From the sequence record PP989838.1: DNA of 64,000 bases; one strand, given 5' to 3'. Source of the stretch: Escherichia phage VTCCBPA_211. Shown one piece after another: positions 34,695 through 44,665 of the stretch. The position numbers were made by a program, and so were the translations under genes. Below the pieces are notes generated by a model that ran no database searches, was not told the DNA's origin, and saw only the letters and a program-made list of their open reading frames with translations. Position 1 is the first letter of the stretch, and the number at the start of each line of letters is the position of its first letter.

Positions 34695-36071
34695 GTGAGC
34701 AACCCGGACGCTCTTCCATTTTTGACAGAGATGACTGTCGCTGATATAATCTCTAAGCAAGCAAAGCACGGAGTGAGTTTCAACCGAAGAAATGCTCGGT
34801 GGTATGTTCACCTCCTTAAAGAGATTATTGTTAATATTGACAGAGAGTTGATTCCTCTCTTACCTAAGATGAGATTAGACGGCTCTACTTATATGAAGCC
34901 GTTTAAGAAGTCTGGAGCTTTACAGAAGTGGCCTCAAGCTTATTGTGATAGGGTTGGGCTGAAGAGAGAAGATATTGGTGGAGCTTTCACCTGTGTCGAA
35001 TATGTAGACTTTGACCCATCGAAAGATGCACGAGTTAAAGAAGCTCTTATGGATGAGGGCTTTCTTCCTCCAGAGTTTAATGTATCTAAGAAGCCTTGGA
35101 ATACTTTCGAAATTAAGAAAGATATGAGAAAGTATGGAACATACCAAGCATGGTATACTGCTTGGATGCGAGGCAATGCTAAGCAGAAGCAGACAGCCGA
35201 GATGGTTGACGCTGATATTAAGAAGTTCTTAGAAAAGCATTTCAGGTTTAAAACTAAGAACTATATGAAGGCTTACGTATTTGGTTTGGGATTAAACCCT
35301 AATCGTCGTAATCCTGTAACGTTTGATGAGATTAAGAAAGCGCTAGCCACATCAAACAAGTGGCCTACAGCTCCTACAAACCTCGAGGAGACTCTTGAAG
35401 AAGGGTTAGGGGGTGAGCTAGGGAGTGTCGGAAGTTTGCTTAAGAGACGCGTTGTAGCGGCTCACAGGCTAGGTCTTATCAGTGGACTTATAGCAAAGGA
35501 ACGCGAAGATGGTAAACTTTCGGCAGAAGCTAACAGCTGCGCTACGCCGACTTTTCGATTCAAACATCGTATCGTGGTTAATATTCCCTCCCGTGGTCTG
35601 TTTGGTCACGAGTGTCGCAGTTTGTTTGAGTCTGACTATAACTCAGACAGTGATCACTCTCGTCCTTTCGTTATTACTAACGCTGTTCCTGATGGTTGTT
35701 ATATACGAAAAGGTACTAACGTAATTTACGAGAAAGGTAAGCCGGGGAAGAAAGACAAACCTGTAGGCGCTTACAAATATTACATACCCGCTGGTAAAGA
35801 AGTATTCTTAGGGTATGATGGTTCTGGACTTGAACTTCGTATGTTAGTGCATTATCTTGTGAAAGAGTGCCTTGACATGATGGAAGAAGCCAAAGCAGAG
35901 AACGATAAAATTAAGTATCTAAGGGCTGAGAAAGGTTTAGAGGCTGCTTATACTTATCGAGAGGTTCTTCTCTCAGGTGATATCCATTCCCACAACCAGA
36001 AACTAGCTGGCCTACCAACTAGAGATAATGCAAAGACGTTTAACACAATGGGCGTCTATAAATTCCTTTAA
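34695..36071 (+). CDS. family A DNA polymerase, polymerase-domain 5' exon (coding likely ends near 36040-36041)
   Basis: Motif A GYDGSGLELRMLV; ORF ends ...PTRDNAKTF then runs into insertion. Confidence 0.8.
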   Translation: MSNPDALPFLTEMTVADIISKQAKHGVSFNRRNARWYVHLLKEIIVNIDRELIPLLPKMRLDGSTYMKPFKKSGALQKWPQAYCDRVGLKREDIGGAFTCVEYVDFDPSKDARVKEALMDEGFLPPEFNVSKKPWNTFEIKKDMRKYGTYQAWYTAWMRGNAKQKQTAEMVDADIKKFLEKHFRFKTKNYMKAYVFGLGLNPNRRNPVTFDEIKKALATSNKWPTAPTNLEETLEEGLGGELGSVGSLLKRRVVAAHRLGLISGLIAKEREDGKLSAEANSCATPTFRFKHRIVVNIPSRGLFGHECRSLFESDYNSDSDHSRPFVITNAVPDGCYIRKGTNVIYEKGKPGKKDKPVGAYKYYIPAGKEVFLGYDGSGLELRMLVHYLVKECLDMMEEAKAENDKIKYLRAEKGLEAAYTYREVLLSGDIHSHNQKLAGLPTRDNAKTFNTMGVYKFL

Positions 36072-36729
36072 TTCGGTGGACATCTAGAACAGATAATACC
36101 GAGCCAAGCCATCCAATCTGCCTTGAAGACAAGGAGGTGGATTATGATTTGCAGGATTTGTAAAGAAGATAAAAGCGAAGACAATTTCCACAGAAACAGA
36201 ACAAACGTGACTGGACTAGACTACAGGTGTAAAGCTTGTAGGAGAGAAGAAGCACGAATTGGAAGAGAGAGCAATTACTTCCAACACTACTGTAGAGGAA
36301 AGAAATCTGAATGTAAGATAAAGGGTTATGATTTTGACTTAACTCCAGAGTTCTTAGAAGAGATTTGGACAGGATATTGTCCAATATTTGGTGTAGAAAT
36401 CTCAAGAGCTTCGGAAGGAAGAGGATCTCACAACTCAGCACATTTGGACAGAATAGATTCAAGTAAGGGTTACCTAATAGGTAACGTATCTTGGATTAGC
36501 GGCAGAGCAAACCGTATAAAATATGATGCTACTGCTAAAGAGCTTAGATCTATTGCAGATTGGATGGAAGGTGTAACGACTAGTCGTGATGAGTTTAGCG
36601 ACGTAGGGCCAAGCGGCTCGAAACAAGGAACCTCTTAAAAGAGGAAGAGATAGTCTGCTCTGCATGGGGACATGCAGCAGTTCATAAGAGAACGGGGGGA
36701 GTGGTAGCGTACTCCCTTGAACATCAGGT
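36041..36729 (+). mobile_element. putative group I intron with HNH ORF splitting DNA polymerase motif B (boundaries approximate)
   Basis: Upstream exon ends RDNAKTF, downstream frame resumes IYGFLYGAGAAKIGEIVGGG, i.e. the contiguous T7-type motif B as I recall it. Confidence 0.5.
36144..36638 (+). CDS. HNH homing endonuclease
   Basis: SD aaggaggtgg; Cys-rich N-terminus and HLDRIDSSKGYLIGNVSWISGRAN. Confidence 0.8.
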   Translation: MICRICKEDKSEDNFHRNRTNVTGLDYRCKACRREEARIGRESNYFQHYCRGKKSECKIKGYDFDLTPEFLEEIWTGYCPIFGVEISRASEGRGSHNSAHLDRIDSSKGYLIGNVSWISGRANRIKYDATAKELRSIADWMEGVTTSRDEFSDVGPSGSKQGTS

Positions 36730-37227
36730 ATCTATGGATTTCTATATGGGGCAGGCGCAGCTAAGATTGGAGAGATTGTTGGAGGAGGCGCTCAAGAGGG
36801 TGAAATTCTCAGAGAACGTTTCTTAGCAGAATGCCCTTGTATCCCAATTGTCTTGGAGAGAGTACAAGCTCGTGCAGAAACAGGCACTCTTGAAGGTGTG
36901 GATGGTCGTAAGTTGACCATGAGACGGGATGCCACTGGTAAAGTTATGGTTCATAAAGCACTAAACACTTTACTTCAGAGTGCGGGTGCTATTGTCATGA
37001 AATATTCTATTCTCTTCACAAACAAGTGGGTAGATCAGCAGAACATTAGGGGTAACAAAGTAATTGACTACCATGATGAAGCTCAGTGGTCTGTTAACCG
37101 TAACGATGTTGATAAGATGAAAAAGATAGCTGAGACTTGTGTCAAGAAGGCGGGTGAGTACCTAAACATGCACTGTGAGCTAGCTTCTGATTGTAAAATC
37201 GGACTGAATTGGATGCAAACTCACTAA
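36709..37227 (+). CDS. family A DNA polymerase 3' exon (motif B remainder, motif C); splice acceptor likely near 36729
   Basis: Frame open from 36709: GIYGFLYGAG...VIDYHDEAQW (motif C HDE). Confidence 0.8.
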
Positions 37228-37397
37228 ACACAGAACTGAAAGAATAGAATACAAATGAACTAGTCTTATTGATTAGTTCATAATAAGGAGATTGAAGTGG
37301 AAGAGATGCCATCGGATTGGTGTTATCGTCAGAGCGCCATCTGTAATGAACAAGGACGTCCTGATGAAGCTGAGTTTTATTTAGAACTAGCTGAACT

Positions 37398-37592
37398 GTG
37401 GAAAGAACGAGAGGAGAAAGAGTGATGGAAGGTATCTACCGTAAGCCACCTCCGAAGTATAACATCCTTTACACTGACGCAACAGGTGAGTTTAGAAGTG
37501 TGTTAGTTTACACGGATGAAGAACGAAACCAAATGGTTGCTGCTATTGAAGCCAATGGTGGTACAATCATGCGAATTTATAACATAACATAA
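37398..37592 (+). CDS. hypothetical small protein (start uncertain)
   Basis: ORF. Confidence 0.4.
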   Translation: MERTRGERVMEGIYRKPPPKYNILYTDATGEFRSVLVYTDEERNQMVAAIEANGGTIMRIYNIT

Positions 37593-37601
37593 GGAATATC
37601 A

Positions 37602-37778
37602 ATGACTGCTTCTGAATTAAAAGAAACCCTATCCACCGAAGAAGGTAAAGCTTTCTTCTTATCTCAAGTACACTCTATGGGTAAAGATGCCCTTCGCCAA
37701 GCAGTCGTTGAGCTTACTGGTGTAGTGATTGACTTGAGTATTGAAAACGAAACACTTGAAGCTAAAGTGAACAGTTAA
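37602..37778 (+). CDS. small ORF (58 aa)
   Basis: SD aaggaa; followed by terminator. Confidence 0.4.
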   Translation: MTASELKETLSTEEGKAFFLSQVHSMGKDALRQAVVELTGVVIDLSIENETLEAKVNS

Positions 37779-37784
37779 ATAAGA

Positions 37785-37808
37785 AGCTGCCTTCGGGCGG
37801 CTTTTCTT
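37785..37808 (+). terminator. intrinsic terminator
   Basis: gctgcc ttcg ggcggc hairpin followed by ttttctt. Confidence 0.5.
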
Positions 37809-37824
37809 GTCTAAAGGATTTGAC

Positions 37825-38217
37825 ATGAATATTGGTTTAGATTACGATGACACTTACACCTCAGATAAAAAGCTGTGGCGCTCTGTGGTGGCATTAATGC
37901 AAGAAAAGGGCTACGATGTACGCTTTGTAACTTATCGCTTTGCAGAGCCTAATGGGTATGATAATTATGACATTAAGATTGATGCAGAGTGTTTGCAGAT
38001 TCCTATCATCTTTTGTAATGGTGTGCAGAAGGATGAGGTGTGTCGACAGTTAGGTTTCTTCGTCGATATCTGGATTGATGACTTCCCTGTTGGAATCCCC
38101 AAAAAGGACCACCTAGACGGTATGCTGAAGGGCGTAAGACTTAATGACCTTAGGGCAGCACCTCCTGTAGAAATAGCCGCTCCTGTGTACTCTGAAGAGC
38201 CTCTGGTTATACGTTAA
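37825..38217 (+). CDS. possible HAD-like phosphatase/nucleotidase
   Basis: N-terminal IGLDYDDT resembles HAD motif I (DxDxT); SD aaagga before ATG 37825. Confidence 0.4.
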   Translation: MNIGLDYDDTYTSDKKLWRSVVALMQEKGYDVRFVTYRFAEPNGYDNYDIKIDAECLQIPIIFCNGVQKDEVCRQLGFFVDIWIDDFPVGIPKKDHLDGMLKGVRLNDLRAAPPVEIAAPVYSEEPLVIR

Positions 38218-38229
38218 TAAGGAAATTAA

Positions 38230-38451
38230 ATGATTTGGATTCACACTTATAGAATTGGGAAGAAAGGGCTTACTACTATTCACACATCTGAAGATAGTGC
38301 TAAAGCATCTCAGGCTGTACTGAAAGGAAAAATCACACCTTATGTAGTCGCTGAAGAAAAGAAGAGTCCTCCAGTTCTGGAATACTTAGGAACAGGTAAA
38401 GCTTATACAGCACTGGATGTTATTAACAATAAACAAGGAGATGTGGCATAA
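38230..38451 (+). CDS. hypothetical small protein
   Basis: ORF. Confidence 0.5.
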   Translation: MIWIHTYRIGKKGLTTIHTSEDSAKASQAVLKGKITPYVVAEEKKSPPVLEYLGTGKAYTALDVINNKQGDVA

Positions 38452-38453
38452 AA

Positions 38454-38669
38454 ATGGAATACATTGATAAATACTCAAGTGAAGATTCAACAGACGCTGA
38501 AGTTTTGTTCATACTAAAAACTGACTGTCTTGAACATGGTCAACTTATCAATTTCATTGAGTTGGCAAAACTTAAAGAAGAGATAGATCAACTATACAGT
38601 GATGAGCAATCCAGATTACTTTCTCTATCCCTTCTAGGTGATTTAACTTGCGACGGGTGCACTATCTAA
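38454..38669 (+). CDS. hypothetical small protein
   Basis: ORF; C-terminal CDGC. Confidence 0.5.
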   Translation: MEYIDKYSSEDSTDAEVLFILKTDCLEHGQLINFIELAKLKEEIDQLYSDEQSRLLSLSLLGDLTCDGCTI

Positions 38670-38678
38670 GAGGTCTTT

Positions 38679-39182
38679 ATGGCTGAAGTTTATTTTGCAG
38701 GGGATGGTCACTTAGGCCATCGCAACATCTGTAGTTTTCGTAAGCAATTTAAAACCATCGAAGAACACGACAAAGCAATCCTAGCTGCATTTGATCATGT
38801 AACTAAGCGTGATAAAATCTTCTTTACCGGTGATTGGGTGTTTGAAAAGTATGCCCTTGATATCATCGCTGAAGTAAGAGGAGAGAAGCATCTAGTCTTA
38901 GGGAACCATGACAGGTTAGAACTTCTCCCTGATATGATGAAAGTCTTCCGTAGAATCTCTGGTGATTATAAATATAAAGAGTTTTGGGTAACTCATATTC
39001 CTATTCACACTGATGAGATGAGAGGGAAGTTTAATATTTATGCTCATACTCATAACCACGTAATTGATGATTGGAGATATTTCTGTACATCAATGGAGCA
39101 AATTAACTATAAAGCTGTTTCTCTGCAAGAGATTAGGAAGGTCTTTGATGAAAGAAGAAAAGAACAAGATCTCATTATTTAA
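38679..39182 (+). CDS. calcineurin-like metallophosphoesterase
   Basis: Motifs AGDGHLGH, FFTGDW, LGNHD, AHTHNH. Confidence 0.7.
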   Translation: MAEVYFAGDGHLGHRNICSFRKQFKTIEEHDKAILAAFDHVTKRDKIFFTGDWVFEKYALDIIAEVRGEKHLVLGNHDRLELLPDMMKVFRRISGDYKYKEFWVTHIPIHTDEMRGKFNIYAHTHNHVIDDWRYFCTSMEQINYKAVSLQEIRKVFDERRKEQDLII

Positions 39183-39588
39183 AGAACCTGTAGTTTATAA
39201 AGACTCTATCAGAGATCAGTATAATGAGATGTTAAAGAAACAATCTGATTCTAATCTTCGTTATCAGAGGATAGTAGAACAAACTAACTTTAAAGGTTTA
39301 CTTGAATGGTAACTTATATCCTTTACTTTTTAGCTTTCTTAGGAATAATCTTTTTATCTATTATTCTTGAATTTGGTTTAAGTAAGTTAGTTAATTATTT
39401 AGGTAATAAGTAATTATTATTCTTTTAAATAGAGAATCAAAGTCCCTAGGAGTCCCTACAACCTAAATCAAGGATTCCTTAATTCTCTATTTTTATCTCG
39501 CAGGTGGCTCCTGCCCTTCGGTACTTGCAAGGGATTCTGTGAATTGCCCAATATACAAGCCTGCAATAACTTTATCAGCTATACAATA

Positions 39589-39597
39589 TATACATTA
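39589..39597 (-). promoter_or_regulatory. reverse-orientation TAATGTATA motif (function unclear)
   Basis: + strand tatacatta; would drive antisense transcription. Confidence 0.2.
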
Positions 39598-39660
39598 CTA
39601 GTGTGATATATCTACTACCAAAGATACTTATATTATATAGTACTCTTATCGGTATAAGCG

Positions 39661-39669
39661 TAATGTATA
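39661..39669 (+). promoter_or_regulatory. TAATGTATA motif upstream of SSB gene, candidate phage-sigma promoter element
   Basis: Exact TAATGTATA(CT) about 60 nt upstream of ATG 39729. Confidence 0.4.
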
Positions 39670-39728
39670 CTATACATAACCGCTCAAAGAGAGCAACAAT
39701 CTTTCAAATTAAATAAGGAAATTAAAAT

Positions 39729-40475
39729 ATGTCTATGATTCCAACTATCGCAACTGCTTCCCGTAAATCCAACTACGATGTAATCCCTGATGGTGAGTAC
39801 GAAGCACGTATCGTTCGTGTAGTAGGTTTGGGTGTTCACAATCGTGACCCTTGGATTGACCCGAAGACCAAAGCAGTAACTCCTAAGAATCCGGCTTTCC
39901 GTATGGATTTAGCTTTCGAGCTGATTGGTGTTGATGCTACTGGTAAAGATTCCGATGGTAAGGCATTAGAACCACGTCCGGCTTGCCAGTTCAAGAGCTA
40001 TGATGTAAACCCACGAGCTAAGAACTCTGGTATTCTTGATCTTTGCAAGATGATTGACCCAAGTATTCAAGCACTGAAAGGTGATCTGTCTTGGTTCAAG
40101 GATGTTCTGTTAGGTCAGCCTGTTAACATTCTGGTTAACTCTTACACTAACAAAGCTGGTGAAGTTAAAAACTCCATCAAGACCATTTCTCCAATCCCAA
40201 CCAAATATCGTGCAGCAGTTGGTGAAGCTCGTAGTCCTCTGGTATTCTTCGAACCATATGCTGAAACCGACGAGAACGTAGCATCCTATCAACTGATGTT
40301 CCCGTTCCAGCGCAACCTGCTTACTCAAGCTAATGACGCTAAGAACATGCCTCTGGCTGGTCGTGAAATTACTCGTGCTTCTGAAACAGAGCAGAAAGAA
40401 GCTACTCCTTCAATCCCTACGATTGATAAAGAGCCTGCTTCTACTTACGAAGACGACAACGATAGCCCATTCTAA
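39729..40475 (+). CDS. single-stranded DNA-binding protein (acidic C-terminal tail)
   Basis: C-terminus ...YEDDNDSPF resembles the SSB acidic tail; flanked by promoter motif and strong terminator. Confidence 0.6.
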   Translation: MSMIPTIATASRKSNYDVIPDGEYEARIVRVVGLGVHNRDPWIDPKTKAVTPKNPAFRMDLAFELIGVDATGKDSDGKALEPRPACQFKSYDVNPRAKNSGILDLCKMIDPSIQALKGDLSWFKDVLLGQPVNILVNSYTNKAGEVKNSIKTISPIPTKYRAAVGEARSPLVFFEPYAETDENVASYQLMFPFQRNLLTQANDAKNMPLAGREITRASETEQKEATPSIPTIDKEPASTYEDDNDSPF

Positions 40476-40495
40476 GTAACTCTCCTTGTTATAGC

Positions 40496-40521
40496 TTAGC
40501 CACCTTCGGGTGGCTTTTTTC
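40496..40521 (+). terminator. intrinsic terminator
   Basis: agccacc ttcg ggtggct hairpin followed by tttttt. Confidence 0.65.
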
Positions 40522-40795
40522 GTTGGAGACAATATGCAAAGTACATTAAGTGATAATGTAGGGTTTATCATTTTCTCAGCTCTTGTATTCTTTGGTGGTA
40601 TGAAGTTTAACGAGTACCAAACAGACAGCAGTAATCTGGACAAAGAGAAGCACCAGCAAGAGTTAGAGATTGAAAGAAGTAGGGCAGCTGATGAAGTTGC
40701 TCAGAGGGTTCTTACCGGTTTGTCTAACTGGAAGAAGAACACGGAAACTATTTATAAAGAGATGCATTATGAGAAAACTAAACCAGTTTTTTATA

Positions 40796-42052
<1,257 letters not shown>

Positions 42053-42062
<10 letters not shown>

Positions 42063-42952
42063 ATGAAGAAGTAAAAGCTTTAAAGAAAGCTCTTGCAATT
42101 AAAATCAAACATTTAAATTTCATCAGAGATGAGTTGGAGGAGCTATCCAACTTATCAGGGTATGAGTTACAGAATGAGCTTGTAGAGTTTCAAATCAATA
42201 TTGATGGCGGTAAATACGTAGAAACAACTAGAGCGATTTTACCTAAAGTTACTGGTAACAAAACTTCTCCAGTAGACTACTCACATGACCACACGGAGCA
42301 ATTAGAAATGGAATCTCAAGGCAATTCAGCACTGACTAATATGGTGGAATGCTCCCAATATAAACCTTTAGTGGTAATTCTTAATGGGCCTCCGGGTTGT
42401 GGTAAAGATACGATAGCTAGTGCTTGGGTAAATGCACACTCACACCATCATGGATATTCAACCAAGTCTTTCAAGGAGCCGATGTATAATGTAGCTGCTG
42501 CTGCATTGGGTATGCCTATAGAAAACTTTCTAGCACTCTATGAAGATCGTGAATGGAAAGAAAAGCCTAGACCAGAATGGGGAGGGAAGTCTGTAAGAGA
42601 TTTGATGATCTCCACAAGTGAAGACTTCTTAAAACCTATGTTTGGCAACAACCATATGGGGAATCTTGCTGTAGAGAGCATCAAACAAGAAGGGCTGGGT
42701 CAGGACGACATTATTGTTTTCACTGACGGAGGCTTTGATGCAGAGGTACGAGAACTAGAAAAGAATTTCAATGTCCAAGTTGTCCAAGTGTTGAGGGATG
42801 GTTGTTCTTTCGATGGAGACTCTCGCTCGTACATTGAAGGAGAGCAGAGAAAAACATATCTGCTATTTAATGACTCAACTGTTGAATCAGCAGTGTCAGA
42901 TTTAGATTGGATTGTCGCTCAAGCTCAGGATGATATTTATGGAAGAAGTTAA
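42053..42952 (+). CDS. P-loop kinase/NTPase-like protein
   Basis: Walker A LNGPPGCGKDT in C-terminal two-thirds. Confidence 0.45.
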
Positions 42953-43757
42953 GCTCCCTGAAATTGCTCTAGTGGATGCTGACGTTCTTCGATATGAAGT
43001 AGGTGCTCTTACTCAGGAGCATCCCTTTCTTGACACAGGACGTGTTCCAGTTGATTACAATTTCATGATTGAACGGCTTCAGTATAAGATTGATACAATC
43101 ATAGCTCGGTCAGGTTGTAGTAAGGTTGTGTTCTACTTCAGCGAAGGTGGTAACTTCCGTTTCGATGTTGCTAAGCAACAAGACTACAAGGCAAACAGAC
43201 CTCCCGGAGAAAGACCTTTTCACTGGCAAAACGTTGGTGATTACATTAAAGGTAAATATGAATACATAGACGTATTTGGGAGAGAGGCTGATGATGCACT
43301 AGCTGAAAGGCAACGCAGAGATAAGAACACTATCATCTGTACTAGAGACAAGGATTTGTTGATAACTCCCGGATGGCACTACCGTTGGGCTTGTGGAGAA
43401 AGACAGAAAGAAGTTCCTCCTCACTATGTATCTGATTTAGTTTCATGGCAAAACTTCTTCTATCAAATGTTGATTGGAGATGGTACAGATAATATCCCCG
43501 GATGTGGAGAACGTAAAGAAGTTATGTGGGGTGGTAAGCTCCAGCTTCGACGTCAAGGAATAGGGAAGAAAGCAGCAGCTAAACTGTTGGCTGGTGTTAC
43601 AGATAAGTGGACCATGTATCATATAGTACGAATGGAATATTATAAGAAGTTCGATACTGAAGATGAAGAGAAGATGCTTGAGAATGCTCGGCTGCTCTTT
43701 GTTGGTCAGACTCCGGAAGACCTATTTGATTGGTCGTGGTTAAATAAATCTTGGTAA
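42939..43757 (+). CDS. 5'-3' exonuclease / flap endonuclease (FEN family)
   Basis: GREADDAL, YKANR, H3TH-like GDGTDNIPG...GIGKKAAAKLL. Confidence 0.75.
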   Translation: MEEVKLPEIALVDADVLRYEVGALTQEHPFLDTGRVPVDYNFMIERLQYKIDTIIARSGCSKVVFYFSEGGNFRFDVAKQQDYKANRPPGERPFHWQNVGDYIKGKYEYIDVFGREADDALAERQRRDKNTIICTRDKDLLITPGWHYRWACGERQKEVPPHYVSDLVSWQNFFYQMLIGDGTDNIPGCGERKEVMWGGKLQLRRQGIGKKAAAKLLAGVTDKWTMYHIVRMEYYKKFDTEDEEKMLENARLLFVGQTPEDLFDWSWLNKSW

Positions 43758-43770
43758 TAAGGATATTATA

Positions 43771-43950
43771 ATGGGTAAATTTGATTATCGTTCATATGAT
43801 GAAAACTCCTCCAATCGTGAATCTCGTAAAGACCAAAAAATCAAGCATCAACTGTTTGATCAGCGTACTGGTCGTATCCCTCGTGAGGGGAAAGTGAGTC
43901 ATCGTGTAAACAAACGAGTTTGGGAAGAAGCTGATTATGGCGAAGTCTGA
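43771..43950 (+). CDS. small ORF (59 aa)
   Basis: ATG 43771; stop overlaps next start. Confidence 0.4.
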   Translation: MGKFDYRSYDENSSNRESRKDQKIKHQLFDQRTGRIPREGKVSHRVNKRVWEEADYGEV

Positions 43951-44335
43951 GAAGACTCGTTGTAGTGGAATGTGGACTGAAGCTCGTTACAACTCTTTCA
44001 TCAAGTCAGGGATTCGCTCTCTGACTAGAAAGTGGAAGCCCATGTTCGATGCACTAGCAGACGCCAAGACAGAGCAGAAGGTTAATCCAAAGACAGGCAG
44101 ACTGGCAATGCACTTTAAGTGTGCCATGTGTGGTTCTGACCACCCTGTAAAGGATATGGCTATTGACCACATAGAGCCTATAGTTCCTCTTGACCATGAA
44201 GCAACTTGGGATGAAATCATCTCTCGTGCTCTGTGTGAGAAAGAAGGTTTTCAGGTTCTGTGTAAAGACCCTTGTCATAAGATTAAAACTAAGATGGAAA
44301 ATGATGCAAGAAAACAATTCAAAAAAGGAAATTAG
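43937..44335 (+). CDS. HNH nuclease
   Basis: CAMCG...AIDHIEPI...CKDPCH motifs. Confidence 0.65.
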   Translation: MAKSEKTRCSGMWTEARYNSFIKSGIRSLTRKWKPMFDALADAKTEQKVNPKTGRLAMHFKCAMCGSDHPVKDMAIDHIEPIVPLDHEATWDEIISRALCEKEGFQVLCKDPCHKIKTKMENDARKQFKKGN

Positions 44336-44558
44336 TGATGATCAAAAATCTACGCAACAAGTGCTTCGCTTTCGCTATCGCAATTGGAGAGGCGAGGTTG
44401 CTGACCGGTCCGTTATTCCACTCCGAACCTCCGTTGCTAGCTCCCGTTTTCATAACGGTGGCAAACCTTGTTGGATTATGACAGCAATAGATGTAGAGAA
44501 AGATGAGATTCGAGAGTTCAAGCTCTCAGATATTATTCAATATTATGATTTAATTTAG
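44301..44558 (+). CDS. hypothetical small protein (start uncertain)
   Basis: ORF overlapping end of HNH gene. Confidence 0.3.
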   Translation: MMQENNSKKEISDDQKSTQQVLRFRYRNWRGEVADRSVIPLRTSVASSRFHNGGKPCWIMTAIDVEKDEIREFKLSDIIQYYDLI

Positions 44559-44619
44559 GAGGGTATATGATTGAAGAATGCTGGGATGTATGACGAATTT
44601 GATGGTTTTTAAAACTTAG

Positions 44620-44662
44620 AAACAATAAAGCCCTCTTGGATTTCTCCTTGAGGGCTTTTCTT
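44620..44662. terminator. putative bidirectional terminator at convergent junction
   Basis: agccctc...gagggct stem with T-runs on both strands. Confidence 0.4.
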
Positions 44663-44665
44663 TTA

